Shown here piece after piece: positions 45,060-58,550 of a stretch of DNA of 64,000 bases; the first letter of the stretch is position 1, and every line of letters starts with the position of its first letter. Origin of the DNA: Chrysomallon squamiferum (Eukaryota; Animalia; Mollusca); assembly GCA_012295275.1 (NCBI GenBank), contig CM022678.1, positions 9,424,001 to 9,488,000 of the forward strand, written 5' to 3'. The position numbers and the translations under genes were made by a program. The notes under the pieces are model-generated. The model saw only the letters and a program-made list of their open reading frames with translations, was not told where the DNA came from and searched no databases.

Positions 45060-47760
45060 TTACTGAAAATCATTATTTTTGTTTTATTTGTATTAACTTT
45101 AAGTGTCCATAGTCAGGAGTAAAAATAAAAAAATGTTAAGATTATGTTGTAGAGCATCAGTTGATTCTTCTAACAGTATTTTATCATCAACATAAGAATA
45201 AGAAAAAGACTTTAAATAAACATTAAATTCTTCACTAAATGTTGTAATTGATTCTAGTCCATTTGCCTTATTAACTATAAGAAATTTGTCTAAGTCTTTT
45301 AGAAAAACAGAAGAATAAAAATGGTTATTTTTTTTTCTCTTTGCCTGACACCAATTTCACAATTAAAACTATCAGATAACAAACTGTTTGCTGTAATTCT
45401 AGCCTTAGTATCTTCATACATATTTACTAAGACAATAAAACATTTTCCATTTATACCAGACCTAATTAATTTATTGCATAATCAAACGCTTTCTCAAAAT
45501 CTATAAAAGCACAATACTATTTCTTTTTACATTTGTTCGTTAAAATAATTAGCGAGTATAAAGAAAATATATGGTCTGTCATTGAATAATTTTAACTAAA
45601 TCCAGCTTGATTTTCTGAAATCAGGTTTGTTTCATCTGCACACTTATTTAATCCAGAATTAAGTACAGATGTAAATAATTTACCTAAGCAACTTAATAAT
45701 GTGATATGTCTATAATTTTCAGGGTTCATTTCAAGCAGCTTTATTTTTATATATTGGTTTGATGAGTTCCACTAACCAATCGGATGGTATAATTGCTGAG
45801 TCAAGAATAACATTAAACAATAGACTAACAGTACATATAAAAGTAGCATTACATTAGCAGTATAATTAACATATTCACTGATAATAAAGTCTTCTCCAGC
45901 TGATCAATTACATTGGAGTCTCTTCACTAGATATTTCTTTGGCTGAAAAAGTCTTGTTCAAAATATCATTAGTGGTTTCTTATCATTAGTGTGTTATTCT
46001 TCTGTTGGTGTTACATGATCAGGCAAACTTTCATCAACATTGAAATTAACAGTTTTGAAAAAATGAAATAAAGAAGCAATTGACACCTCCACTTTTGACC
46101 ATCCCTGTTTATTTCTGTTTAGAACTGACCACAACTGAAGTTGGGTTTTGAAGTTTTTAGTATTTTCATTTTTTGTTTAATATATGTTCTATATTCCCTA
46201 ACAGCTCTGTTTAGTGTTTGTTTATACTGATTCTCTTCATACTTCAAGTCAGCTTTCAGTATGCTTCCACCATATTGTTTACATCTTCTTCTGGCTTTTC
46301 TGACTTCCTTTCTTGCAGCTTATTATAAGGATTTTTCTTTATTACATTATTAGGTGGGTTTCTTCCCAAACCACACACATTAATCTCTGTTATTTTTAAA
46401 ACTATAAGGGCTTATTTCTTTATGATTTTTGTTTGGGGTATTTTTACAAATGAGAGAGTTTACTGACATTTACTCAACACTGTTTTTGCTTTGTAAGACT
46501 TGTCCTCCTCCCTTGTTGTATTGCACTGACTGAATTGGCTTGTCTTGGTGAGAGGTTGGCTTGTGTTGCTGTGGTCTATATTTTTGTTTCATTTGGCTGA
46601 GTTGTTATGTTTGTGTTACTGGCTTCTGTCCCATCCTCTCATAGTCTAAACAGCCTGCCCTCCATATACAATTTATCACCACTTAAAGTCGCTCTTTTCC
46701 TTTGCCTTTTTGCTGATTTGTAATCTGGATGCAGTAATTTCCTCCTGTCATTAATTTCTTTCTGGAATTGTTCATTAACCCTGTATTGCTTGTTTATCAG
46801 CTTGTTTTGGGTAAAGCTGTTCTCACTATTTCTCTGTCTTTATATAAAATGAATTTTGCAACAAATAGTCCTTGTATATCCACCAAACTTCCTCCCCATT
46901 CAGTGCACTCTGTGAAAGTCAGTATTGTTTTCTACTTTCATTTAATTTTTTATAAACCTTTTCAACTCCTCTTCTGTGTCTTCCTCGTCTTTCTCTGGTA
47001 TCCAACTGAAGAATAAATTGTCACGCATGAAGTGAGTTTGAAGGTCATTGTGAGTTTTTCTCTTAAGTTTCCAAACTGTTTTTAATTCACATATTTGTTT
47101 CATACTGTTATTATTATCTCTAAGTTTACAGTAGAACTGTTCATATCTGACACAACAGATTTCAAATTTCTGAGATCTTTTTTATTCCTTCCAAACTGTT
47201 TGTTATTGTAATTCATACCCATTTCCATATGTTGCACTTTTTTTTTTGATATCCATCACTTTACCAGTAATGTCTTGTACAGCTATATCCATACTATTCA
47301 GTGGTTTCTCAATCAGGTGAAGTTTTTTCAATTCATCACACATCATATCTAACTTTCTAGTCAAAGCATCTGATTTTATACTGACATCTTACTTGTGCAC
47401 AACTGGTGAAGTTAAACCAGAATACTGACTGTGGGATCCATGTGGCTGTCCATGTTGTCCATACTGTGACTGCTGAGACTGTTGAATTGGTGTTGACTGA
47501 TAAAATGGTGCAGATGAACATCCAAGCTCACTGTTTGTGTATTTGACATCCTCCATATGTGACTTCTTGACCAGCTTAGCTGCTGCTTACCCTTATTTTC
47601 TGTTCTCTTCTCCACTTACATTTTTACTCTTATTTATTCTCTTTTTACTTTTTTTTATTTTTATGTTTGGGACAGGTTTAAGGTTTGTTTCACTGCTGCT
47701 GTGATAGTTGTTGCATTGATGGGAAACTTTGTGATTTCTATGAGCTTTTAGGAAACAGGG
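45060..47760 (-). mobile_element. CR1-type LINE, heavily deleted (ORF1 plus RT remnants)
   Basis: ORF1-like VAKF..YKDREIV...NEQF.KEINDRRKLLHP...ATLSGDKLYMEGRLF at ~46640-46870. RT motifs TDHIFSL, YCAFIDFEKAFD, IGVRQ and YVDD at ~45150-45600. Confidence 0.82.
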
Positions 47761-48248
47761 CTAGAAGATGTTTTTATTGCCACTCACTGGAGCAAAAACA
47801 AATCATATTATCTATAATGTTATCAACATTTAAAAAAAAATGAATTTCATTTCTATATTTCTAAATGCCAGCTTATACACAAATGATACATATATGATAT
47901 AACCATACATTTTTATCCTAATTATTATGTTTTTAAACCATCAACAGAATATGTTGCATTTAAATATCAAATACAGTTTTGTTTTTGTATACACACACAT
48001 ACACACACACACACACCTACAGACTCTCAGTTTTTGTAATGCTAGACAGGGAGAATGTTTTATTGATAACAGCATCAGTTTATGGATTTTGACACACTGC
48101 AGTTTGTGTTAATGAATTTATTTGTTTTTTTAACTATTATTTTTAAAATTATTTTAAATACATTTCTTAGTAATTCTTTGTGTTTTTCCAAAATATTTAA
48201 ATTACCTGCTGACTTATTGGATTTATTACTCTGTTATTTGTGTTTCAG

Positions 48249-49296
48249 AATGAATGACAATAAGCCAGCTGAAAATGCTGAAAATGGTTGCAGTGAAAAG
48301 GTAAGTAAAGTTTTAATTATGTTTTGTATGGATGTAATGATACAGGAGAAACATGTATTTTCTTTCTTGGAGGGATAAAGACCAACAAGAAGTAAGTTTT
48401 ATTGGTATAACAAACTGTAAATGATAATTAGATTGACAATATCATACTGTTATCAAGAAACACATTTTTCTTTTCTTCTTTTTTCCTTAAATCTTTTCTG
48501 AATAGGCTGTGTTGGCAGTTTGTTGTCTAAAATGTTTTTTGTTTTTTAACTTTTTATTTGTTTTCAGAAGTAACACTGAGTGTTGTGGATTTCTTGTTTT
48601 TAGTTGTTTGTTTTTGTTATCATTAATATGCATTTTAACTGTTGAAGATATATTTATTTTTATATCACATTATTCTTAAATATTTAAAACTAAATCATTG
48701 AGAATATTGTTAACTGTTTAGATTTATAACAAACATACCTTCACTTTCTGTGTTGCCTTCACACTCTGGAATTGCTGAGAATATTAACTAGCATTATACA
48801 TTATATATTTATTTATTTTCACTCTCCTGTTTTCTCACCAACACTACAGCTGTTTTCTGATTATATTTGAAGATGATGAATCTAAGGATTAACAGAGAAT
48901 ATGTTTAAAAAAACAACAAATATCTTTTCTAATATGTTAATGCTATCTTCAGTTTTTATCTGTGTATAGTTAATTTAAATATGTAATGTACTACAGGAAA
49001 TTAGTAAATCAACATCAATAACTAAATTAAAATTATATATTAAAATCTTGGTTGATCAAATCATTTTATATAGGAATGTGATTTCATGTTTTGTTTTATT
49101 TTCTTTCTTTCCTAAAGGGTTATGAAACAACTGCTCCATTTGGAAAAGCTCTGGAGATGTCAAGGAGATACACAGAAGGTGAACAATCTTTAAATTTTAA
49201 AGTTCTTAGTAATCTGTATCTAAGAAAACATAGTAACAGAAATGATTATGATAATAATGGTGGTGATTATGCTAATGTTAATATAATAATAATAAC

Positions 49297-49332
<36 letters not shown>

Positions 49333-50410
49333 TTATTATTATTATTAATAACTTTAATTTTTGTGTTAAGGCAAAAATGTATTTTTATATCATGTTTTTG
49401 TTTTTGACACTCAATGTTGATCCTAATAATTAAGGAAATATATATATTTTTTTTTTATAAATAATTTTAAATTTTTTTAATAAACCTTAACAGTTTTTAA
49501 GTAAAGTTGGGAATTACACAAACATAGCAATACTTAACTGTGATATATATATATATATCTAGCTAACCTGAAATATATTTTCTTTGATTTTTATTTAGGA
49601 ATTTGTTTTTATTTTTTCCTATGAGATATAATCCTATCACAATTTTTGGCTCATCATAAATAATTATTAGTAGCTAGGATGCCTGCCAAAAATGTCTGCT
49701 AGATCATTGTAGAAGTTCAAGATGAAAGCGGAAATAAAACAGAGAAATATGAATACAGAGAAATATTAGCTGGTAAGATTAGCTGGAAACAATTTTGAGT
49801 TTGTTAATTGTGGCTGATCCAGCTTTCCTTCCAAAATTGCTAAATAAGTAATCTTGTTTTGCAAACTTAATTGTGCAAGCTGAAAATAAATCTCTTTCTG
49901 GTTTTGCAGGTGATTTTGAGAGAAAAATCCTGAAGATGACAAATTCATCTGATACAGTTACAAGCCAGACAGAGGAATTCAATAAAAGAGAAACATTTTC
50001 TGAAGTAAGTGGTCTGGATATATTTTATAATAATAAATAATAGTAATATGTTTAAGTACATATGTACATATGAGTGCATGGCTTATAATGGCCAGTCAAC
50101 AAATGCTACCAAAGTTTTGTTTGGGTGACTGGGATGTTAAACAAAATATTTGATTTTCCTTTCTCTTGGTAAAGTAGAATTTCAGTATCACATATGTTGG
50201 TATATTTGCATAAGTGACTCTTCGAAGCATATTTTTTTGTCTTACTTCAAAAGTTAATGATCAATACATTTTTTCCTACACTCAAAAGCTGAAACATGAA
50301 TATTTTTTGTTTGGGGCTACCAAAAACAAATTAGTGTCACTCAATTTATTTCAGATGAGTTTTGAGCCTTGTTTGTATGTTTGTATTTACTTACATACGG
50401 TGTCTTTGTG

Positions 50411-50478
<68 letters not shown>

Positions 50479-51696
50479 TTTCAAGGTGGTATTAAATGCT
50501 TTGTTTTGGTTAGAGTCATCTGATTGTGTGTAATCTTGTCTGCACTGTGTACACTGAATCCCACTACACAGGTTTGAGCAAACACCTGATTAAAACATGT
50601 ATAATTACATGTAACATGACATGATATCTTCAGTCCTAGTTTTCAGTTATGTGTATTTAAAACATGTATAATTACATGTAACATGACATGATATCTTCAG
50701 TCCTAGTTTTCAGTTATGTGTATTTAAAACATGTATAATTACATGTAACATGACATGATATCTTCAGTCCTAGTTTTCAGTTATGTGTATTTAAAACGTA
50801 TAATTACATGTAACATGACATGATATCTTCAGTCCTAGTTTTCAATTATGTGTATTTAAAACATGTATAATTACATGTAACATGACATGATATCTTCAGT
50901 CCTAGTTTTCAATTATGTCTATTTAAATCATGTAGAGTTTTTTCAGGTTTGTGCATTTTATTTATACTGACTTTTTATATTACGCTAAGGTTTCTTTATT
51001 TCAGTCTGTGCAGACATTAGTTAAATTAGGAAACACCTTTTGAGTTCAGCAGTTCATGTTGCATCCATCATTTTCCTTAACTAGCAAAATGTCAGCAATA
51101 TCCAGACTTGTTTCCCCATTGGGACAGCTGCCTCAAATGTATATTTTTATTTCAGTTCACCAACTTATCAGATGAAGAATTCAAAGTAAGTAAATTTCTA
51201 TTCTGCTTTTATTTAGAATTTCACTTAAAGATGTAATTTGTTATTTTAAATTAATGATATCACAATTTATGTCATTGAAATCTTTCAATATGGTAAACAA
51301 TACTTATGTGAAAAAAGACTATTTATTCAGTTAGCATAGTTTCTTTGTTTTGGACAGGGTGTATGCTTTTAGTTTTTATTAAATAGAGTAAAAATTCTTC
51401 TTTTTCCACTTTTATGTTTAACTTATTATACTAGACAATCTTCACTCAGTTTAGTTTATTATGAAAAGAGATCAGGGCCTGATGTTTTACTATTTAAAAA
51501 GTCATTTTGTAGATACAAATGTTAAAACTCACACAATATATATATATCTCATGCCATATGCTTAGTCTTTCAGGGATTTTATGTTTCCTGTTTATGAAAT
51601 GATGTCAAAACTAATAAAATGTCTGCTTATTATTTTATTAATATACTTTATTATTTTCAGAGTAATGTCACTTCAGTGTTTTTACATTACCTTTTG

Positions 51697-51738
<42 letters not shown>

Positions 51739-52688
51739 GGTTTATTTTTGTTATTTTAAATAGACTAAGTTCCTTCAAGATGGACAAATTAACTCTAGAG
51801 CAGAGAAAAGAGATTCAAGAAAGGTCTTGGGACATTGCTGAAAAGAATGTGGACCAAGAACTACATGGCTTAAAGAATGATGTTGAGGTGTGTGTGAAAT
51901 CAGTTCATAAAGAAAAACATATCTATATTAATTTTGTTGAAGGTGTTTCTGAATGAAAAATTCTACTTTAGCTTTAATTATGTGATTCAAATTCATCTTT
52001 ATTTTAGACATATTTGTTATCTCTTTAGATTATCTTTCAGTAAATAATTTGAATTGATAACTGCATCATTAGATCTCATTAGAATACAAAACATAAGATT
52101 TAGAAAAGGTTATAGTTCAATTTTTAGTTTTCTATAATTATATTGATTCATGCTGTGTTAATTTATTGAATTGTTTTATAACAAGGAAAGGTCAGTATTT
52201 ACTGAATGACATTCAGATCTTTCATCATGTATTTATAGGAACTGAAGAAACCAATATACTAAACTGTGGATTTAAACAGTTTATTTTCAGAGGTTAAATC
52301 AGCTTGTTAAGGATAAAAATATTCAAGAAATTGTTGATAAAATACAAAGTCAAACTGACATTTTGGAACAAAGAGCAGCTCAAGTCTCCAGTAGAGTTGA
52401 AGTATTTGGTGCTGTCCAGCAGGTATTTAAATACATTAGTCATTGTAAACCTTTCCATTTTGCTTCATTTTTTGACAAAATTCTATGCAAAATATTTTCT
52501 CTTATACTGAATTAAGCAGCCTACATGAAAATATAATACAATAAGGAATAATCATTAAGACAACTCATGAAATGACACAGCAATTATAAAAATAACAGAT
52601 CACAGTCTGATTTTAAGTTCTTTTTACTTTTCTCTATCCTTTTACTTTATTTTATTTTATTTTATTTTATTTTATTTTATTTATTTTT

Positions 52689-52727
<39 letters not shown>

Positions 52728-52835
52728 TAAATATAAAAAGGAGTAATAACTAATAACCAGAGAATTCTACAAATAAAAGTCAGGACAAATATATTGTGTG
52801 TTTTTACAGGAGATGAGACTCAGTTGTACAGTGAC
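48249..52835 (+). pseudogene. IRAG/LRMP (MRVI1/Jaw1)-family gene, decayed partial copy
   Basis: Exons 48249-48300, 49118-49178, 49910-50004; 51156-51185 FTNLSDEEFK; 51764-51887 TKFL/KMDKLTLEQRKEIQERSWDIAEKNVDQELHGLK (frameshift, LSLAF motif lost); 52291-52422 ...DILEQRAAQVSSRVEVFGAVQQ; 52810- EMRLS. These match IRAG TLESR...ERNLTEENTEKEL...[21 protein letters not shown]. Only the last four exons are diagnostic. Confidence 0.82.
50591..50930. repeat. 67-bp minisatellite, 5 copies
   Basis: Unit aaaacatgtataattacatgtaacatgacatgatatcttcagtcctagttttcagttatgtgtattt. Confidence 0.95.
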
Positions 52836-53099
52836 AATGACTTCATTCTCATAAAGTGTAGATTACAGTACAGAGAAGAATGTATTTCAGCTATAAAATA
52901 ACAAAAATAAAATGCAGATGTGTAGAAGGACATACTCTCTCACATATAGTTCTATTAACAAACACAGCTTTTTTAATACAAATATATTTTTACTGTTAAA
53001 CAAATTATTATATGAAATTATATTTGAATGTCTCATATATTTATCAGATATACCTTTTCTAAACCTTGCAGTAGTTACAAAAATCTGTTTTTGACTTTT

Positions 53100-54842
53100 T
53101 GGGAAGGTTCTTATATGCAGCACTAGGATTTAGTTGTCTGGCCTTGTGCTTGTCCAGACACACTACACACCTGCTGTTTGATGTGGACTCTTTCCAACTC
53201 GTGAGGTCTGTAATCTTGGAGGTGTTTGTCTGTGTACAGATGCACTTTCACTGGTAACAGACAGTGATAATTGCCCACAAGTTGATGGCAGAGTTTTTCA
53301 ACAAACACATGGAATGTAAACACTCTTTGCCCCTGGGGATTATGCGGCTGATAAGGTCACATGATTACGTATGCATTATTCACAGCCCACGTAAAACACT
53401 TCATAATAAGACGACGTGGCCAGTTGTAACGACGTCTGCTCTGATGCAGCTCAGTAAGTTGGTCATTTTTATGCATTGTAACTTTGGACAGCTTTTGGAC
53501 ATCCCACAGGAAGTCTTCTGTGCTCTTTACTATCATATCTTTGTACATGTACTGGGTGAGGGTGGGCTATTAGTGCAGAAGTTACAAAATAAACAGGCTT
53601 TTTGTTGCACCAAACAATTGCTGCTACAATTACAAAGAACAATAGTTCAAACTGCCTCATCTGATTTGATTTTTTGATTTGATCAATTTGTTTGGAAAAA
53701 GTTTGTGATTTGTAATGATTGGCAGATTCCTCTCTTTTCCAGCAAAAACTCACACAAATATACACTAGAGTAGAGTCTGTCTGTAAACACACAGTAATAC
53801 TGGTCACAAAACAGTTCCAACATACAAATAACAAGGTTTCCAGTCACACCAAGGTTTTCAACAGTTTCAGCATCCTTCCTGCAACCTGTGTATACTTCTG
53901 TATTTGAAAAGTAGCCATTCTCACTGTCACAAACTAGGAAGGTGTTGATACTTTATCGGTTTATCTTTGTTATACTGATTTATAGATAGGGAGTTTTCTG
54001 TTGGAGTCTTGTAAAAATCTGTGCAAATCCAGATGTGATGGTCAAGACATTTTCCTTAGATCGCCAAAATTGTTCATAGCGGTCCTTGTGAATAAACATT
54101 TCCATTGCTACTCGACAGCCAAAAAATGTTTTTATCTTTGTTAGTGAACTAAACTATTTTGCAAACTGATGTGAGGGGTTTTGCTTCTCCAACATGTTCT
54201 GTCTGTATTAGTTTCAACAACAAAGAGCTGCCACAAATCATCTTTCCAGAATAAAGTCAAAAAGTCAGCAGGGCTGCTCTCATTATTGTTTGAATCTGGA
54301 ATATTTCTGAGACCGGAGGTTTTTTTAGGATTTAATTGTTTTTCACGTGTCACTTGTCCACTGAGACTGATCTACCTGATGCTGAGAATTCAGTCACACA
54401 CCTCAACCACGGCCACACACCCTACCACAGCCACACCCCCTACCACGGCCACACCCACTAACAGGTTGTAAAACATCACCACCTGGGCTGTGATTATCAG
54501 CAGAATCACTTTCATTTTCACCTTCATTTGCATTTGTGTTATTATTATATGTATCATTGACAACATCATCATCATCACTCTCTTTGTTTTCAAAATCACT
54601 ATTATTTCCACATTCAGACACTTCATTCTCATCCTCAGAATCTGACATTATCATTCGTAATGACTGCTTGGTTGTCACTTTCTTACCACTCATGTTTATG
54701 GCAAAAAATACTCCAAAAACTGCAATCGTTTGCCAAAAAAAATCATTGAAGCTTCCTGGCGGAAGTATGGCTGAGTATACAAGCGGGTGTATATACTGTA
54801 TGTTCAGCCTGGAAAACTGACCTGGCAGGTTCAAAGGGTTAA
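53100..54842 (-). mobile_element. Decayed piggyBac DNA transposon
   Basis: 5' end TTAA|CCCTTTGAACCTG (TTAA at 54839-54842), ATG at 54693 and an acidic N-terminus. Motifs: PADFLTLFW...VVETN, QYNKDKPIKY, FLVCDSENGY...EVYTG, VFTDRLYSS, WCNKKPVYFVTS, CPKAVQSYN, DQL...WPRRL...AVNNAY. The 3' TIR was not found. Confidence 0.9.
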
Positions 54843-55094
54843 TATATTTAACCTCTAAAGTTCAAATACATCATCAGCGATTATATCACTATATCCCTTT
54901 TCTTCCATAATAATAAAATCATTATCATCAGCTGTTGAAATCACCAATAAGACAGTTCGTGTTATTCTTATTCACAAATGACAACTATTCATTTTCAAGC
55001 TGGTCCAAAGCATCAGATGATGAATAATATGAATACAAAACCAATTAAAATATTATCATCTGTGTGTAAAACCCTGCCTTCTGTGTCCAGCCAC

Positions 55095-55560
55095 ATAAAA
55101 CATTTACACTGTGATTCTATAATGTTTGTATGTTTTAGTAGATAATTTATAAAACATTTACACTGTGATTTGATAATGTTTGTATGTTTTAGTTTGTATG
55201 TTTTAGTAGATAATTTATAAAACATTTACACTGTGATTTGATAATGTTTGTATGTTTTAGTAGATAATTTATAAAACATTTACACTGTGATTTGATAATG
55301 TTTGTATGTTTTAGTAGATAATTTATAAAACATTTACACTGTGATTCTATAATGTTTGTATGTTTTAGTAGATAATTTATTTTATAAAAGATAATTTATA
55401 AAACATTTACACTGTGATTCAATAATGTTTGTATGTTTTAGTAGATAATTTATAAAACATTTACACTGTGATTGATAATGTTTGTATGTTTTAGTAGATA
55501 ATTTATAAAACATTTACACTGTGATTCTATAATGTTTATATGTTTTAGTAGATAATGTTT
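55095..55560. repeat. 54-bp minisatellite, about 8 copies
   Basis: Unit ataaaacatttacactgtgattctataatgtttgtatgttttagtagataattt. Confidence 0.95.
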
Positions 55561-55704
55561 TATATATACACCTATACACCCAGATTTATACTGAGATAAA
55601 GAAACTCTGTTTTTAGTATATACTTTATAATAAAGAATACTAATGTGTCATAATTAGTGATGTTTCAAGAAATGGTTTCTGAGCTTACTTACCACACCTC
55701 ACTC

Positions 55705-56070
55705 ATTAATCTCTGTTCTTTTTAAAACTTAAGGGCTTAATTGTCTATGATTTTTGTTTGGGGTATTTTTACAAATGAGGAATTTACTGACATTTGTTCA
55801 ACTGTTTTCACTTGATAACACTTGTCTTCCTCCAGTTTCCTATTGCACTGACTGAATTGGCTTGTCTCAGTCAGAGTTTGGCTTGTTTTGTGTGATCTTT
55901 GTTGTCTTCTTTCTGATGGCTGAGTTGTTATGTTTGTGTTTCTGGCTTCTGTCCCATCCTCTCATAGTCTAAACAGCCTGCCCTCCATATACAATTTATC
56001 ACCACTTAAAGTCGCTCGTTTCCTTTGTCTTCTTGCTGATTTGTAATCTGGATGCAGTAATTTTCTCCTA
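55705..56070 (-). mobile_element. CR1 ORF1 fragment, paralogous to ~46380-46745
   Basis: Shared sequence ggcttctgtcccatcctctcatagtctaaacagcctgccctccatatacaatttatcaccacttaaagtcgctc. Confidence 0.85.
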
Positions 56071-56359
56071 CTTTGTTATGTGAATGACACAGTAATTTTT
56101 GCTATGTTGGGAAAATAAAGAAACAAACATTCATAAGAATTTTCACTTAGAAACTATTCAGTAAGTCCTGTTACTTCATTTTTGAAATGTAGATAAATAA
56201 AGAAATAAAGAAATAAAATATTTGTTAACTAAGGTAAAAATTAATTTTATTTAACATTAACTGTTTCTAATAGAGACAGAAATGAAATTCGGTTATTGAA
56301 GTCAGCGTGTATGATATTAAATATAAATGCAGAAAAAAATGAAAGTTTGAAATATATTA

Positions 56360-56409
<50 letters not shown>

Positions 56410-56783
56410 GTGTAGATATAAATGAGTGTACATCAACTGATGTCAGTATTACTAAGTGTACTGATACTTGTACTAACAGAATCAGTGGATTCACTTGTTC
56501 CTGTCTGGCTGGGAAGAAACTTGAAAATGACCAGACAACATGTGTTAGTAAGCAGAATTTCTCATTACAAAATACAATAATGTAAAAATAAATTTTTAAA
56601 TATTTTAAAAACAATTATATTTTGAAAACTGAAGCAACTTATTTTGTAAAATTGGAAATTTTCATGATATTTAGATTATACTTTTAAGATAATTTTATAC
56701 ATTTTGTTTTATTATAAATACTGACACAAAAATTTGATTTTAATTTATTTATTTTCAAATTGGATTTTATTTTTCCCTCTCAG

Positions 56784-58154
56784 ACCATTGTCAGTGTAAA
56801 GCTGGCTGGGTGGTGTGTGATGTGAAAACAACAGAGATGAATGTAGTGTTTCAACAGTTTCATGTCAAGCAAACAGCAACTGCAAAAACCTGCCAGTCTC
56901 CTATCATTTGAGTGTAAGACAGGATATCACAACTTGTCAGATGAATGTGGAGGTGAGTAGGATAAACTTAATAAATAGTTAATTACTCAATATTAAAAAT
57001 GTGGTAACAAGTTGAAATTATAATGTTTTATTCAATAAACAGTTAAATGTAACAAATGATTTCTTATTATTTAATAAATAGTTACGTTAGAAATGATTTC
57101 TTATTTAATAAACAGTTACATGTTAGAAATGATTTCTTATTATTTAATAAATAGTTACATGTTACAAATGATTTCTTATTATTTATGAAATAGTTACATG
57201 TTACAAATGATTTCTTATTATTTAATAAACAGTTACATGTTAGAAATGATTTCTTATTATTTAATAAACAGTTATATGTTACAAATGATTTCTTATTATT
57301 TAATAAACAGTTACATGTTACAAATGATTTCTTATTATTTATGAAATAGTTAAATGATAGAAATGGTTAATGAATTTTGTAGATATTTTTGTGATTTCAA
57401 TTACCAAAGAAAACAGAATGGATGCTTTAAACTGAAAAATTACATAGAAATGAGTTAATTAATATCTCAGTCACAAAACTAACTTTTTCTGCATTAAAAT
57501 ATAATAAATAAATAAATATAATAATAAAAATATCATTTTTATACTTGTTAATAACTTTTTATTCAAAATAAAGAGAATGTTTATTGAACACAGAAGATCA
57601 GCTTTCAGTGACTAAGAAATTAACATTGTTAAAAACAACAAAAAAGAAACAAAAACAAACCCTGTTTGGTACCAGGTAACTTTATTTTTGCAGTTTGAGT
57701 CACATTAATTTTTAAGAACATTACCAGCAAAAGTAAATAAAGATTAAAATAAAAATTATGTTTTACAACTGATAATTAAACTATTATGAAACAGATATTT
57801 ATTAATTCATTCATTCATGTAAAACATACATTTTTTTTATAGTTGAATGAATGCTTGGTATTATTTTTTTAACTACCAATGAGAAAAGCTACATCTGTTA
57901 TTGTTATTTTTTAATTGTGACAAAATTTGATAAAATTATAAACTATTTTATTTTCATTTGTGTGAGAATGTGATAAAATTGTAAATTATTTTGTTGTGAC
58001 AAAATATAATAAAGTTATAAAAATATTTTATGTTCAGTTGTGACAGTGCTGCAGTGAACAGTTCGTGTGAACAGGGCTGCAGGGTGCATGACACAGTGGA
58101 GCAGTGTTTGTGTAGAAATGTTTACCTTGAATTCAGACAACAAAACATGCTCAG
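56784..58154 (+). pseudogene. EGF/calcium-binding-EGF repeat exons (fibrillin/mucin-like protein fragment), frameshifted
   Basis: Exon 56784-56952: CQCKAGW/NRDECSVSTVSCQANSNCKNLPVSYH/ECKTGY. Exon 58038-58154: CDSAAVNSSCEQGCRVHDTVEQCLCRN/FTLNSDNKTCS. Both have cag acceptors and gtgagt donors. Confidence 0.8.
57030..57365. repeat. ~39-bp minisatellite, about 8 copies
   Basis: Unit aaatgatttcttattatttaataaacagttacatgttac. Confidence 0.92.
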
Positions 58155-58550
58155 GTGAGTCAGTTCTATCTGGTTCTCAGGTTAAATTGTTCACTTCAAG
58201 CATTCTTAGTTTATTCATATTTCCAGTGTAAGTTTTATCTCTTTGAATCTGAATGGTCAGCATTTCTACCATTATCTGTTCTTTTGAAAAAAAATGTATT
58301 AATAATGTCCTACTCATTATATAATCAGCAATCAGTTTGCAACTTATGTATGCATTAGTAGCTTTTGTGCTATTCAAATAGTTAAGTTTAAATTCTTAGT
58401 TCTGGAATTAAGAAAAATTTCAATGCAGTTATTCCTGTTTCAGAAACTTGTCAGAATTTATGAATAAATTTTATTAATAATAGTTACATCTGTGTAACTG
58501 AAACTTGATTAATTTTAGAAATGCTCAGAACTTATGAATTTTAAATTTCA